Positions 19,365 through 31,934 of a DNA stretch of 64,000 bases are shown here, in pieces; position 1 is the stretch's first letter; every line of letters begins with the position of its first letter. Both the position numbers and the translations under genes were made by a program. The notes under the pieces were generated by a model that was not told the DNA's origin, made no database searches, and saw only the letters and a program-made list of their open reading frames with translations. Source of the DNA: an uncultured virus (IMG/VR IMGVR_UViG_3300014969_000015) (Duplodnaviria > Heunggongvirae > Uroviricota > Caudoviricetes); IMG/VR virus record IMGVR_UViG_3300014969_000015, one strand, 5' to 3'.

Positions 19365-20106
19365 AAATGAAACGACCGTTCGCCCTTCTGTTAACCGTCG
19401 CGATCGTGGGCGGTATCCCCATTGGAGTAATGCTGCTGGTGGGCCTCGTCGTTTCCAAGGATACATCTGGAGTTGTGGGCACCCTTGTGGGGTGGGCGTT
19501 CGGCACGTTTGTACTCGACATCTATCGAGCGCTTCTTGGCGCTTCTGCGGCAACCCCCTCGGCACCTTGCCGTAAATGAAGGCAGTCAGGATTATGACAC
19601 TGTCTAAAGATGCACAAACCTTTCTGGATCATTTCGACTTCTGGGATCCAGAAGGACCCACGATGCGCGGGATCTGGACGAAGATCTCGGAGGCAGAGCG
19701 CGCAGAAATAAAACAGGTGCTTTCTGAGCGCGTTCAGGAACGAAACGCCCGGCAGGCTGAGGCACTACTTCGTGGCCTGCCCAAAAAGTGGCGTGATATT
19801 GTGATCAGCAACGTGAAAGATTTGTAAACGCTATCGAAGGGCCCATGAGCAACAAGTGCATCGAGGATGTTTGTCACGTGTGCTGCGAGGTCCGTGCATT
19901 TGTCGACGGCTATTCACGTGTCATCTGCCCACGGGGTGGCTGCGGGGGCTTTGGGCTCGGGGGCCACTGTTTTCCGAGGATGCGCAGTAATCGAGAGCTC
20001 GCGGAGCTGGGGGACCCAGAGCTGCCGGATCGCTCACGTGGAACGCCGCGGAAGGGCTGCATCCAAGTACCGCGGCGAGAGCCTTGACTAATAGGGAGCC
20101 GAAATC

Positions 20107-20859
20107 ATGCAAACGCCTGGGCAGAAGACCCACAAGACTGTAATCGACTACATTGCGTCCCTAAGATGGGATTGCACACCGCGTATCCATAGCTGGCTCA
20201 TTGACTGTGCCGGGGCCAAAAATTCACCGCACGTCCATAACGCAAGTCGTGGGATGCTCATTGACGCCGTTCGGCGAGCGCGGCGGCCCGGCTGTCAGAT
20301 CGATCGCGTACCCATCCTAGTAGGCCCGCAGGGCAGTGGGAAAACCAAAGCTTTGCGCGTATTGGCGGTAGAGGAGAATTGGTTCTCTACGGATTTTGCG
20401 TTTCATGGAGGTGCTAATCGCCTCATGGAAACGACCGCTGACAAGTGGATCTGTGAATGGGCCGTTGAAGTTAAGGATTTTAATGATCCGGCCCTCCTTA
20501 AGATTTATTTGTCGCGCGCGTACGAAGCTTATTTCCGTGAGCGCGCACGGGTACCTAGACAGTTCGTGATTGTGGGGACCTTGGCGCAGGGCAATATTAT
20601 TTTTCCAGATGCCCAAATCGCCGGTTACCTTCTGCCGGTACTTATTAAACACTTCGATCTTGATCGGCTCAGGGCTATGCGAGATCAGCTTTGGGCAGAG
20701 GCTGCGGCTAGGGAGGCTGCTGAGAGTCCCACTGCCGCTGCTTCTATTGTCAGCAGCCGCCACCTGACCGTAGAGCTTGATGGAAACTGCGCTGTTGGCG
20801 ATGTCGTCACACTTATTGGAAGGATTCGTGGCGTGGTATCTGTTAAGGATCGTCCATGA
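20107..20859 (+). CDS. VapE (virulence-associated E)-like P-loop ATPase domain, shortened
   Basis: YIASLRWD..PRI..WL, RARRPGCQID.VPILVGPQGSGKT, PRQFVIVGT, RDQLWAEA. Confidence 0.8.
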   Translation: MQTPGQKTHKTVIDYIASLRWDCTPRIHSWLIDCAGAKNSPHVHNASRGMLIDAVRRARRPGCQIDRVPILVGPQGSGKTKALRVLAVEENWFSTDFAFHGGANRLMETTADKWICEWAVEVKDFNDPALLKIYLSRAYEAYFRERARVPRQFVIVGTLAQGNIIFPDAQIAGYLLPVLIKHFDLDRLRAMRDQLWAEAAAREAAESPTAAASIVSSRHLTVELDGNCAVGDVVTLIGRIRGVVSVKDRP

Positions 20860-22316
20860 GTCAACACGAGAAAAAATTGCACCAGCCGCGGTTAGCGAGT
20901 TGGACGTCGGAGGAGTTGAAGGCGCATCTTGCCAACCTCGTGGACGCGTTGGCTCTTGAGAAGGCTCCCGTCTCTCCGCTCGATATCGCTCTCGCGTTGC
21001 TTGGGGGCGAGCTGGAGGCCTTTTTGTTGTTTGGACGGATGGGGCACCTTGATCCGCCCCGTCCTGACGGTGTGCCGATCGCGATCCTTCGCTGCCTGAG
21101 CGCGGATCCAAAGATCGATGAGATGATTCGTCGGACTGCCCAGAAGTGGCTCTCCGCGCAGGAGCAGCGTTCGTGAAAAAGCGACGGAAAAAGCGTCCAA
21201 AGATGTTTCAGGGCGCCGCTGTCGTGCGGGGGCTGGCTATGAACAGCCACAAGCTTGATAAACTCCTCAAGAAGAAGGCTCTTGAGCAGTTCGATGCGTT
21301 GCGGGAGACCTTTCTCGTTGTCGAAGATGGCGCCTTGGGTGGTGACAGTGTCACGGTTCGCTGTTTTTTGGATCCGGTCGCGGCGCTCCGTTGTGCTCGT
21401 GCACTATCCAATGGAAACATCGATCACCGCGTGCTGCGCGTGAGCGGTCAAACGCTCGTGATTGCAACCGATAACAGGTTGTATCCACGGATTGGCTGAG
21501 GAGCTATGATCCAGATTAATGGCGTTGGCTGGTTCGTCGGCGGCCTTATCATCCATTTTTGTGGAGCGCTGGCGCTTTTTTGCTACCTCCGGGGTTGGCG
21601 TCTCGAGAATCGGCAGCGCGCGGCGTGGTGGCAGAGATACGAGGCGGAAGCACAGTCGCGCCATGGCGCACTTATGCGGGCGCTCCATTGTGATCGCACG
21701 GAGGCGCAGTCGCCGAACGATCCGGGACCCTGTGCCGAGGCCTGCCACGATGAGGGCCCACCGAACGGGTCAGCGGACGATGACCCGACCGCACTGAAGG
21801 GGCTCGCGCGTAAACTTTACGAGGTCTACGATCGACCGTGCGAGTCGAACGGGGACTGGAACCATGTCAAGGAGTACGCCGATCTCGAGGACAAGATCCG
21901 AGCAATGGTAGGGGCTGAACCTGCGTGCTGCCGACGACCATGAAAGCACGGCTGCTCGTGGCGGTTGACTCCGCGCGGTCGATTCGACAAAAATCATAAA
22001 AGGAAAGGTCTCTCATGCATGTAAAGAACTGGATCTTCAGCGTTAGCTATGTCCCCAAGGGCACACTCGGTTACTTTCGCCGAGCTGTTGTGGGTCCAGC
22101 AAGCGTTTCAACCGTCGAGGCTGCTCTTCAGCTGGTCAACGTACCTGAGGAGGTGCAAGCTGAGATTCGCTTGAATCCGATGGTGCGTCAATTCATCGAG
22201 GGGGCTCTTTCATCGGAGGTGTCCGGACACTGTGCTACGTCGAGCAGGTTCATGGTCGCGTCGCAGCAGACGGAGGTGTGGCTCGTCTGCATAGGTCCTG
22301 TGCACGAGGTGCTTCG

Positions 22317-23105
22317 TTGAGAGATGCGCTGTCGCTGGAAGAGTCCTTCCGGGTGTTGGAAGATCGTTGTGACGGCAATGAGGCGGCTGAACAAGCGCTT
22401 GCTCGCGTCCGAACCTTGCTTCGTGAAGGTGCGAACCGCCATCAGTGCTCTAGCGTGTCTACCGATTCGACGATCCGTAGGATCTCGACGGGAATTTTGG
22501 CTTTTGACCGCGTGCTTGGTGGTGGTGGTCTCGTGGAGGGGGCCACCGTTTTATTTGCGGCCCGGTCTGATAGGGCAACTACCGAAGCAGCAACAGCGTG
22601 GACGCTGCAGATACTTGATGGACTAGGGGAGCACTGCCTTTACGTTACGGGCGAAGAGACCCGGGAGCAAGTTACGGCTACGGCTAAACGCTTAGGTGTG
22701 CTGTCAAATCGAATCTATGTGTTCAAGGAGACACGGCTCGGTGAGATCCTGGAACATATGCGATCGTCTAATGCTCGGGTAGTTGTGATCGACTCTATTC
22801 AGAGCCTGGCTTGTGAGGGGGTCCGCGGCCAAGCAGGCTCGATGGATCAACTCAAAGAGTGCACGGAGCGCTTGGTGCAACACGCGAAGATGCTGAAGAT
22901 ATCGCTCTGGCTCATTGGGTACGTCGCAGGGGACGGCTCGATCCTGGGTCCGGTGTCCTTTGAACATGTCGTTGACGTCGTACTTGAGTTGGTACAGGAC
23001 TCAAGGGGTCATGGACAGGTTATTCGCTCCCGCAAAAACAGGTTCGGACCAAACAACGAGGCAGCTCGTTTCAGGAAGGTCATTGAGGAGTTCGGTGATG
23101 TCTGA
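22317..23105 (+). CDS. RadA/Sms-like ATPase domain, degenerate Walker A, no Lon-like C-terminal domain
   Basis: ISTGI..FDRVLGGG, LYVTGEE, VVVIDSIQ, EHVVDVVL and KNRFG are present. Confidence 0.8.
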   Translation: MRDALSLEESFRVLEDRCDGNEAAEQALARVRTLLREGANRHQCSSVSTDSTIRRISTGILAFDRVLGGGGLVEGATVLFAARSDRATTEAATAWTLQILDGLGEHCLYVTGEETREQVTATAKRLGVLSNRIYVFKETRLGEILEHMRSSNARVVVIDSIQSLACEGVRGQAGSMDQLKECTERLVQHAKMLKISLWLIGYVAGDGSILGPVSFEHVVDVVLELVQDSRGHGQVIRSRKNRFGPNNEAARFRKVIEEFGDV

Positions 23106-23426
23106 TAAACTTACCGTGACTGGAGGAAAACTTTCCGGGCGCGGACTGACGTTCGATGTCTCCTCGCTTGTCGCGGGCAAGGCGGGTTCCGGCGACTGCG
23201 CGGAGCGCCTCGTCGAAATTGGTGAGGCCTTCTACCGCCAGGGGCGCGCGTCGTTGTTGCCTTCGTGGGATGATCGCTTCGAGCTAAGCCTCGCTGTGGA
23301 GGCGCTGCGTGGACTGTCGGTGATCGTGGGCCCTGGCCTCGCAGGGGAGAGGCACCGCCGTGCCGCAGATGCCCTCGGACGCCTGCTCCAAGAACAAGAG
23401 GGGGTGCCGTGAGCAGGGTTGTGAGC

Positions 23427-23606
23427 GAGGGTGCCGTGAGCAGGGCTCCAAGAACAGGGGATGCCGAGAGCGAGGGTGCCGTGAGCAGGACCCCAAGAAA
23501 AGGGGATGCCGAGAGCGAGGGTGCCGTGAGCAGGGCTCCAAGAACAGGGGATGCCGAGAGCGAGGGTGCCGTGAGCAGGGCTCCAAGAACAGGGGATGCC
23601 GAGAGC
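23427..23606 (+). repeat. 45-bp coding tandem repeat x4 (EGAVSRAPRTGDAES) at the start of ORF 23409..23885
   Basis: Visible directly in the sequence. Confidence 0.9.
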
Positions 23607-26379
23607 GGGGGTGCAGAGCGCACGGCTCTCTCAAACTTCAATGTCCCCGACGGCTACTTCATTGAGCTATTGCCGCGCCAACCGGATCATGTGTTGCTTC
23701 GCACGAAGTCGGGGCACATGATGACGATCGATTTCGGCAAGCGCGGCATTCGTATAGGATTCGCCACCACCGGCAGATTCCTTGGTGAAGAATGGAATAA
23801 GTCGCGCAAGAAGTACGGAGGACGGGGTTGGAAACAAGCGCTTGTTGACGACGCCGTGGCACATTTTCGTGAAGTCGGCTTGTAATTCAAGGAACGCTTA
23901 TGAGCACAGACACAGATCCGAAGTGTGCGTTGCTGGTAATGTGCGGCGTGTGCGGTAAGGGTGTTGAGGCACCGTTGCCCCTGGATCGGGAGACGCTAGA
24001 GCTCTTCTTGGCACAGATCCTCTGGTTCATATCGGTTCTTACACCGCCTGGCCATGTGCCGGTTCTGTTCAGCGCGCTCTGCGGTGACTGTGCTCGCGGG
24101 GCCTTTCCGCCGGAAGTTCTCCGGGCTGCGGAGGATCGGCGACAAAAGCTGCTCCAGGGGATCACATGAAAATCTGCGTGGAGCATCACGTTGAGGCATG
24201 CGCCATTTGTATGATTGATGAGTTCGAGCGGCTCCGGGACGCGCGGCGGGCGCGCCTTCGTGACAGTCGTGCGGAGCTTCGCCGCGAGCGGCGCGAGGAT
24301 GGCGCTTTGCCCTGGGATGCCGGCGGAGAGGCGTAGCTCCGGCTACGGAAAGAAAACATGAGCACCCATCGGGAAGAAAACCTGAGCACCGATCAAGAGC
24401 AAAGCCTTCGGATCCTAGACAACGCCCTCTGGCGCATCGCACATGGCAGCGATTGTGAATACGCGGGATGCTCTGAAAAGCCGCCGAACCCGTGCAACTG
24501 TCCGCACTGTGTGGCCCTCGCTGCCTTAGCAGCTTCCAAGGATTGGCGCTTTCATGGGGCCTTCTATGAGCGGACGCGAAGTGGCAACTGGCCGCGAGAG
24601 ATGAAGATGCATGCTGCATGGATGAAGCTTGCAAAATCGCAGGATCCAGATCGTCTGCTGACACAAATCCTGAAGGATGACACCGCCCCAAGTGCGCGGG
24701 ACTGGTACGTGGTGACGTCGGTGATCCAGTGGCTCGCCACCAACGTCGGGATGACAGTGCTGGAAGCTGCAGGTTTTAAATATCAGCAGTGGGAGCAGGA
24801 TATGGCGAATAGTGAATTGTTTCGGAGACGGCAAGAGCGTGAGGGGGAGGAGAAAAAGCCGTGAGGCAGGAGTCTCCGGCCGTGCTCGATGAATCGCACG
24901 ACGAAGACCTGCACTCAGCATCGACGCTGTTGTCGAGGTCGTCGAGAGCGCGGAGCTATCTGTGAGTCGTGAAGGGAGAACCCTGACTTTGTACCGTGAC
25001 GACTCGACGGTGCAGATTGTATATGCACGCGTCAAAAGTGTGTTCTGGACGGCTGACAATACGGTGCTTGTGGTGTCGCAGTACACTAACGAACAAACCG
25101 GAGCGCACCGCTACATTCATTGGCCGCGCGAGCGGTTCTGCTGGTTCAAGGACGAGCCAGGGGAAGGGGTTTAACCACCGTTGGCGGGCCTAGTCGACAC
25201 GCGGTCAGGCGTAGGGTGTTGCCGTCACCTTGTAGATCGCGTCCCCCTCAACCTCGCAGCCGAACAGCTTGGAAGCACAGTCTCGTCCAACCCAGAGGGA
25301 ATGTGGAACTTTGGCGGTGTTGAATGCGAGGATCGGAACCCAGTTGAAAGGGTTCTGGATCGCGTGACCGCATGCTTGGCACTGCTGGTTATTCGCGCTG
25401 TAGTTAAAGCGGGATTTGTTGTGCAGGGTGCCATCGGGCCAGTCTACAATGATCTCGTACACGCTGCACTTTGTGCCCTTGTACACGAACTCGACCCATT
25501 CCCCATGCATCGGTGGCGATTGAATAGTTGTAACATCGAGGCCGATGTGGGTGCTGATGGTTGTGGCGATCGTGGGTGACAGCGTCTTCATCACGATCAC
25601 AGCCTGGGGTCGGCGGGCGTCGAGCAATGCGATTAGCTCGGCGACTGGAGAGAAAGCTTCCGACCACCGAAGCGCGTCTAGTGCATATAACTTCTCTACA
25701 CTGCTGAGCACCGTAGTTCGGAGCGTCGTCCTTAGGGCCTGCAGCATTTGCGGGGCTCGCTCAAACGAGCCGTACAGCAGGTTAGACTGTGCTTCGTCGA
25801 GTGGATGATCATGGGGCATGTGAAACGATCCGAATGTGTGCTTGCCAAGCTCTTTTTCGACTTTGCGTGCCCACTTCTGCGCGACGTTTTGCGCGTACCG
25901 TGCGCGCAACCCCCTTCTTCCAGTAGCCAAGCTGCTCGGACTCGACTAGCGCAGGGATGGTGAAGGAGATGATCGTGTCGTGAGCTTTGCCGCTGAACCA
26001 TTCCAGGATGGACTCGAACTTAGGCAAAGGGAGGAGTGCAGGCTTTTTCGTCATAACTGACTCTTCCCGGGAAGGCCAAGGCACGCATGGAAGCCGGTGC
26101 CCGCCCACCCGCACTGTTCGCAGTGGTGCGCGACCTCTTGGCAATTCAAGGACCGCGCGTCTTTGTAAAGCTCATTATAGGCGGCGGCTACGGTTACGCT
26201 CGCCGCGGCTTGCTCTGCGCTGGTAAAATCGCCGTGGGTGTTGCGAGCTACGGTGCATGCGTGCATCAGGTCTGCATCGGCAATCCGCCAGCAGGCGGGG
26301 CCTGATGCGCTGATGTAAACCTTGTCAATCTGTGCGTTGCTAATCGTCTCGGCAGTCACCATCGGGTGCGAGCCTCCAT

Positions 26380-26605
26380 CTCGCCGTTGTGAGCGTCGCT
26401 GCCGTTGTGAGCGTCGCTGCCATGCAGCATGCCGGCCGCCATCTCGTCATTGTGAGCGTCGCTGCCGTCGGGAGCGTCGCTGCCGTGGGGAGCGTCGCTG
26501 CCGTGGGGAGCGTCGCTGCCGTGGGGAGCGTCGCTGCCATGCAGCATGCCAGCCTCCATCTCGTCATTGTGAGCGTCGCTGCCATGCAGCATGCCAGCCT
26601 CCATC
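26380..26605 (-). repeat. Nested coding repeats (HGSDAP/HGSDAH, EAGMLHGSDAHNDEM) at the end of ORF 26356..26910
   Basis: gagcgtcgctgcc recurs about 9 times, mostly with 18-bp spacing. Confidence 0.85.
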
Positions 26606-27748
26606 GCGCGCTCGCGCCTCCATTCGTTGTCCGAGCGCTTCAACTCGCTACGCCAGCGTTTCGCGGTGTGCTCGTCAGGATTGGGCATGACCTCATGAAG
26701 ATCGGGTCCATCGATCATCGCGAACTCCCATTCCGGGCAGTCGGCGGCAAGTTCTTCGGTCGGCCACTTGTACAAGGACTGGTAGGCGGTCAAAGCTTCC
26801 TCGGGCGTCGCGAAGTCGTCCCCAGTCCAGCAGTCGTCGTTGTCGGTCTCGTCCGGGTTGGAGCCCCAGAGCGTCACGCTGTATGCCTTGGTGAAGCTGT
26901 GTGGGATCATTGGAACGTCTCTGGTTCGGCAATAAGCTCCTTCGTTTCTGCCAATTGCTGCTCGCGCTCCACCACAAGCACTCGGATTTTCTCCATCCTA
27001 GCCAGGAAGTCGCCGAGCCCGACACTGCGCACATCTAGCCGGTTCGGGTTGTCGCGAATCTTGGTCACGTACGATCTCCACGCGTCGAGTGCTTGCTTGA
27101 GACGATATTCCTGATGGCGGATCAAACGGTTGAGGCGCTCACGGTTGGTTTTCATAATAGGCCTGACTTGCAAGCTACGCACCGGTTATCTTTGCCATAG
27201 AATTCTCCGGTAAACGGCTGCTTTTAGGTATTCTGGGTGATGCGCTACCCGTGTCTAAATGAGAGGGTGTTATGATACCCGTGTAGGAGCTGCGTCAGCG
27301 TTGGACCGTGCGGCGGCTCTTACCGAACCACTCGCGTCGCAGTACAGCGGATTCCTCGATCAGACGATAGGCGGTCCGGGCGAGCCGATCCCCGAACAAC
27401 ATGTTCACCGTGTCCTCGAACCGATAGACCTCGGCAAGGGCCTCCCAGAACAACCCCTCACCTCGTCCAGTACTTCGGATGATGGCGTACAAGTTGATGT
27501 TGTTCGCTGGGGCACCCGCGCACAGCAGAGCCTCGATCAGGATTCGTTTCTCGCTGAGGTTCATCGCCAGCCCCGCCGGGCCTTGCGCGCTCTGGCCCTG
27601 AGACGGATTTCATAACGATGAAACCAGTGCGCCTCTCGAGCGATTAGCTGGGGTGTCAGCGCAGCGAGGAATTTTTCACAGTTTTCGGCTGACCAGCCCG
27701 TCCAGTCCTCTGGTACTCGCCTCGTGACTCCATTGATCTTGTAGTGCT

Positions 27749-29875
27749 TCACGAAGCTCCGCGTTTCTGCCCAATATGGGCTGAACTCGACGGTCCGCCG
27801 TGCGCGGCGCACGCGGGGGGCAAGATGTCTCCGTCCTCTTCAGCAAGCTGCTTGCAGTCGGGACACCACTCAGCGTCCACCCGACCAGAGCTCTCGCGCT
27901 GAGCGTGATGCCAATCTTCGCAGGCAAGTAGGATGGGGGCCCATTGCAGGTAATCGGCGCGAAGGCGTGGATCATCGTAGAACAGGTGAAAGTCGCCTGG
28001 CGTATAAGCGTCCACGCAAGTCAGATGTTCCGCCGGACACAGCCACTTGACCTCGATCTCGGGGTATGAGGCCTGTAAGTAGCCTGCCTTTGTTGGATGT
28101 GCGATCCACTTCGCCTTGGCTCGATGGCGCGTCCATTGGAATTCGCAGGCGCCATCGCGCTTCATCCGGTGCACACGATGGATTGTACTGGGGCCGTTGC
28201 CGTGACGCCCTTCGTGCCGCCAAGCCTTGTCTCCATAGAGGTTTTCCATGTAGGTGTTCCAGGCACACTTCTGTCCGATGGTGTGGCATCCAGTCTTGAG
28301 GCCCTTATTGAGCTGTTTGCGGTATTCCTCGAAGTCCGGGGCTTCCCCGGGAGTAAGGGCCCGCGATACGTCATAGACTAGCTCGATGCCGGCGGTGAAG
28401 CCTTCGGGAGTCCAGATCCGCCACGGTGGATGAGGGTGCAGGCAGGTGGATCTGTCGAGCAGCCCCTGCACGATCACAGCGATCCGGTTGTGCTCCAGCG
28501 TAGCCACGCGGACGCGGCGCATGGCGTCGTCGTAATAGATGTTATTCGGGGTGAGCCGCTCATAGTCGAAGGCTTCACAGCGATCTTCTCTAAAAAGTCT
28601 GTGGGGTTCTCCGTTCTGCGCATACTGCTCACCGGGCTTGTGGTAACCGTCGAAGTCGTCACTTATGGCGGTACATAGCCAATGCTTGCCCGGCTTGCCT
28701 GCGCGGTGCCACTGCCAGAGCTTCTGCGCCATGTGCGTGCGTTTGGCTTTGTAGTGATCGATCATCGCGTCACGCTGCTGGCGAGTGATAATGCCAAGGA
28801 AGTTGCGGAGGTCGTATCCATCGGCCTTGATCCACAGCTCCTGATCTCCCAGGAGATCTTCGTCCTCCCGCCGGGGAAACAGCCCTTCATTGAACTCGAT
28901 GGACGTGCTCATCCTCCAGAGTTGTCGACCATTGCGAATGTAGAGAAACGTTTCCTTGTTTCGTCTGTTGAACGCGAAGCGAATGAAGGTACCCAGATCC
29001 CCGTAGTCTTTGTCGTTTCGGCGGATGCGGAAGGCCACGACGCAGCGATCGTGGGGAAGGAGTCGCCCGAAGTTTCCATCCCGGGCAAGCCAAGCGTCGA
29101 ATGCCCGGACATCCTTGAAATCCATCCCGCCTGCCTCGTATTTGGCCAGACACTCTTCGTCCATGAAGTGCATGCGCTGCATCAGGTGGACCTTGGTGCT
29201 CAAGTCCGCGGGCGTCCCCTCGCGGACCTGGACCAGCTCCTCCTGGAGCCCGGCGTATAGCTCTACCGTGTGGATTTTGCCCTCAATGACCTCGGTCACC
29301 CCCTGCGCGGAAGCTAGCTCCGCTTGCGCTGGGATCAGTTCCGCTTTCATCCAGGTAGCCATCTGCTCATGCTGCTCTTTGACCTTGGCGAATAACTCGG
29401 GAAGTCCTTTCTCCTTGGCATTGACCAGTGCGCTCTTGTACTTCTTGACGTCGTTCACGCTATGGGCAATAGCCAGCGCTGTCGACGCAGACTCTTGCGG
29501 CGCAAGCGCCTGGCGCATCGGTACGCCGAGCTTGTGGCAGAGGTCGCGGATCTTGCCCATCAGTTGTCGCACTTGATCTCGGTGCTTGTTGATCTGAGCG
29601 TCGATGAAGTTGTGGGGCTGGGGCTCCGATTTGCACATCGTATGGAAGTCGTCCATGGCGACGCGCTGATGAAGACGCACTCCCTCGATCTTGACGTAGT
29701 TGGAGCCCACCTCGACAATACAACCCAGCCACTGCTTGCCGGGACGATCGTAGGTGGATCTGTCTTTGTCATCGGATTGGGCAGTCACCCACCACCAGGA
29801 CGCAACCGGGGGCCGATCATCGGCTTGATCGACATCGTTGGATTCTAGCGTGGACGTAACAAGATCTGTATTCAT
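27749..29875 (-). CDS. Large hypothetical protein (~708 aa) with coiled-coil segment
   Basis: Long ORF with strong GC3 bias; no catalytic motif recognised. Confidence 0.8.
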   Translation of the reverse strand: MNTDLVTSTLESNDVDQADDRPPVASWWWVTAQSDDKDRSTYDRPGKQWLGCIVEVGSNYVKIEGVRLHQRVAMDDFHTMCKSEPQPHNFIDAQINKHRDQVRQLMGKIRDLCHKLGVPMRQALAPQESASTALAIAHSVNDVKKYKSALVNAKEKGLPELFAKVKEQHEQMATWMKAELIPAQAELASAQGVTEVIEGKIHTVELYAGLQEELVQVREGTPADLSTKVHLMQRMHFMDEECLAKYEAGGMDFKDVRAFDAWLARDGNFGRLLPHDRCVVAFRIRRNDKDYGDLGTFIRFAFNRRNKETFLYIRNGRQLWRMSTSIEFNEGLFPRREDEDLLGDQELWIKADGYDLRNFLGIITRQQRDAMIDHYKAKRTHMAQKLWQWHRAGKPGKHWLCTAISDDFDGYHKPGEQYAQNGEPHRLFREDRCEAFDYERLTPNNIYYDDAMRRVRVATLEHNRIAVIVQGLLDRSTCLHPHPPWRIWTPEGFTAGIELVYDVSRALTPGEAPDFEEYRKQLNKGLKTGCHTIGQKCAWNTYMENLYGDKAWRHEGRHGNGPSTIHRVHRMKRDGACEFQWTRHRAKAKWIAHPTKAGYLQASYPEIEVKWLCPAEHLTCVDAYTPGDFHLFYDDPRLRADYLQWAPILLACEDWHHAQRESSGRVDAEWCPDCKQLAEEDGDILPPACAAHGGPSSSAHIGQKRGAS

Positions 29876-31529
29876 CGATCTCTCCTGAGGGTCGCGCACA
29901 GGCCCTCTACAATACCATCTGGTTACCGCCCACGGCGACTCCGCCGACTTCGTGGGGCGTCGATCGTATCGGCTTGTCGTCGAAGCTCAGCACGAATGTA
30001 CTCGTCTTCTTCGTCGGTGCGTGCGACTTGGTCATAGTCAGCGCAATCAGCAAGATGTCGTGCTTCTTGCGCGATGGTCTTGGTCACAAGCACCTGAAGT
30101 TCGGCCATTCGATTCGGTGTCATCCATCAGCCCCAGTTCTTTTCCGGGCGGGCTCCCGTGAGAGCTTGACGATTCAGGATTGCCTGCTCGTCCTGCAGCT
30201 CTTTCCGGCGCATCCGGTCTCGGACGGTGTCCAGGATGTGGGTCAGATCCTCACGCTGCTCGGCGAGCAACGCGAGTTGCGGCTGAACATGCACAACCTT
30301 GGAGGCCAGATCATCCGCGCGAGCCTGTGCCGCGAAGAAATCTTGTTCGAGCGTGTCGCGCTGGACAGTGGTCGTGGCGAGACTCGCCTTTGTCAGTGTC
30401 AATTCCTCCTTTGTCAGTGTCAATTCCTCGCGGAGCGCCTTCACCTGGCAGAGGCGCTTGTAGATCTCGGCAGCGTGGTCCGTGTCGAGCTTGTAGATCT
30501 CGGCAGCGTGGTCCGTCCTCGCGCTCTCCAGAGCCGTGTCGAGAGCATCCTGGATGCGACCTGCCGTGCGGAGGGACTCGGCTTCCAGTTCCTTGTTGCG
30601 CTGCTGAAACTGACGAAGATCGTTGATGAGCTTGCTGTATTGACGGGCGGGCTTGTTGGTGGACATTATTTTCCTCGGCTGGCGGGTGGAAGGGGTGAGG
30701 GTCGGAAATGTTTTTGGATTACGGATGCCACTTCTTGGGGGCCGCTTTACAGGCCGCGGCATAGGCAGCATGTGCCGAAGAAAAACGGCGGGGCTCTCCG
30801 TGAGGCTTGCGTAGGGTCTCACCGTCCACCCGGGCCTCCCAGGGTTTCCAGCCGTCCGTAACATCGGTGCAGATCGCGCGTACGCGCCCACAGGGTTCGT
30901 TAGGAATCATCCCAAGGCGCCGGCTGCCGATGTGCACTCCCTCTACACGGCGAAAGCCGCGGTCGCAGTAGTCACATGTGTCGAGGTTGACAGGTGTATT
31001 GGTGGCGGCGACGGCAGGCGCTTCGCGGTACACCTGTGCTCCTGAGGACTGGAGGTACTCGATGACAGTCTCTTCGGAAAACAGCAGTCGCAGCAAAGCT
31101 TCTTCGGCGGCTTCAAGGGCTGGAGCGACCGGCGCGCCGTGTTTGTTGGCGATCATGGCATTGCGGACGTGCTGGAGCGCTGTCTTCAGACAGGACTTCA
31201 TAACTTACCTCGGTCGATGGTGTAGAGCGTGTCGACAAAAGCTTGCAACCTGCTTCGCAGGTACGTCTCTACGGCAAGTGTGACTGCTCGTGTGAGGATG
31301 TTGATGGGCGTCGCGGTAAGGCTCCCCCTACCGTGCTCGGGTTTGTTAGGCGCGCTCACGGGAGTGAAGCGCCCAGCGATAAGATCTCGACCCACACACC
31401 AACATTCTTGCAGTGCTGAGCGCTGCCCATCGACCATGTACCAAGCGATTCGGACAATACCGGACCAGTCCGCGTTGTGCGTGATGAGGATCCCGTTTGG
31501 TTTGTCCTCGATGATGGACGTCTTGAGGG

Positions 31530-31934
31530 TCACGGCTGTTTTCCCGCCTTCCTGGCGTTGATGGTAGCGGCGATGCGGGCACGAGCGGCCCAACGCTCCG
31601 ACGGATCAACGAGACCGGATCCGTCGCACGACGGACATGGCTGCGTTCCGATGTTGTACGGGACGCGCCCCAGTCCAGCGCAGCGTGTACAGCGGAAGTA
31701 CTCCGGAGCGCTGAGTTTGCACTTGCAGCGTGCTCCGTCCCATGAATCGATGCCGCCCTGCCGCCATCCACAGACACGGCACCACGGGCGCTCGCCAGTT
31801 GGTTCGCCAACCTGCAAGGCTACTACACAGAGATCACGGTACGTCTCGTCGGCAATGCCGTGGATCCCATCGCGCTCTGACTGTATCTCTTCGTCCGTTA
31901 GCGTTTCCGCGGTGACTTTGTCGATCGGCGTCAT
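31530..31934 (-). CDS. Zn-finger protein with DnaJ-like CxxCxGxG motifs
   Basis: CTRCAGLG and CPSCDGSG. Confidence 0.6.
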   Translation of the reverse strand: MTPIDKVTAETLTDEEIQSERDGIHGIADETYRDLCVVALQVGEPTGERPWCRVCGWRQGGIDSWDGARCKCKLSAPEYFRCTRCAGLGRVPYNIGTQPCPSCDGSGLVDPSERWAARARIAATINARKAGKQP

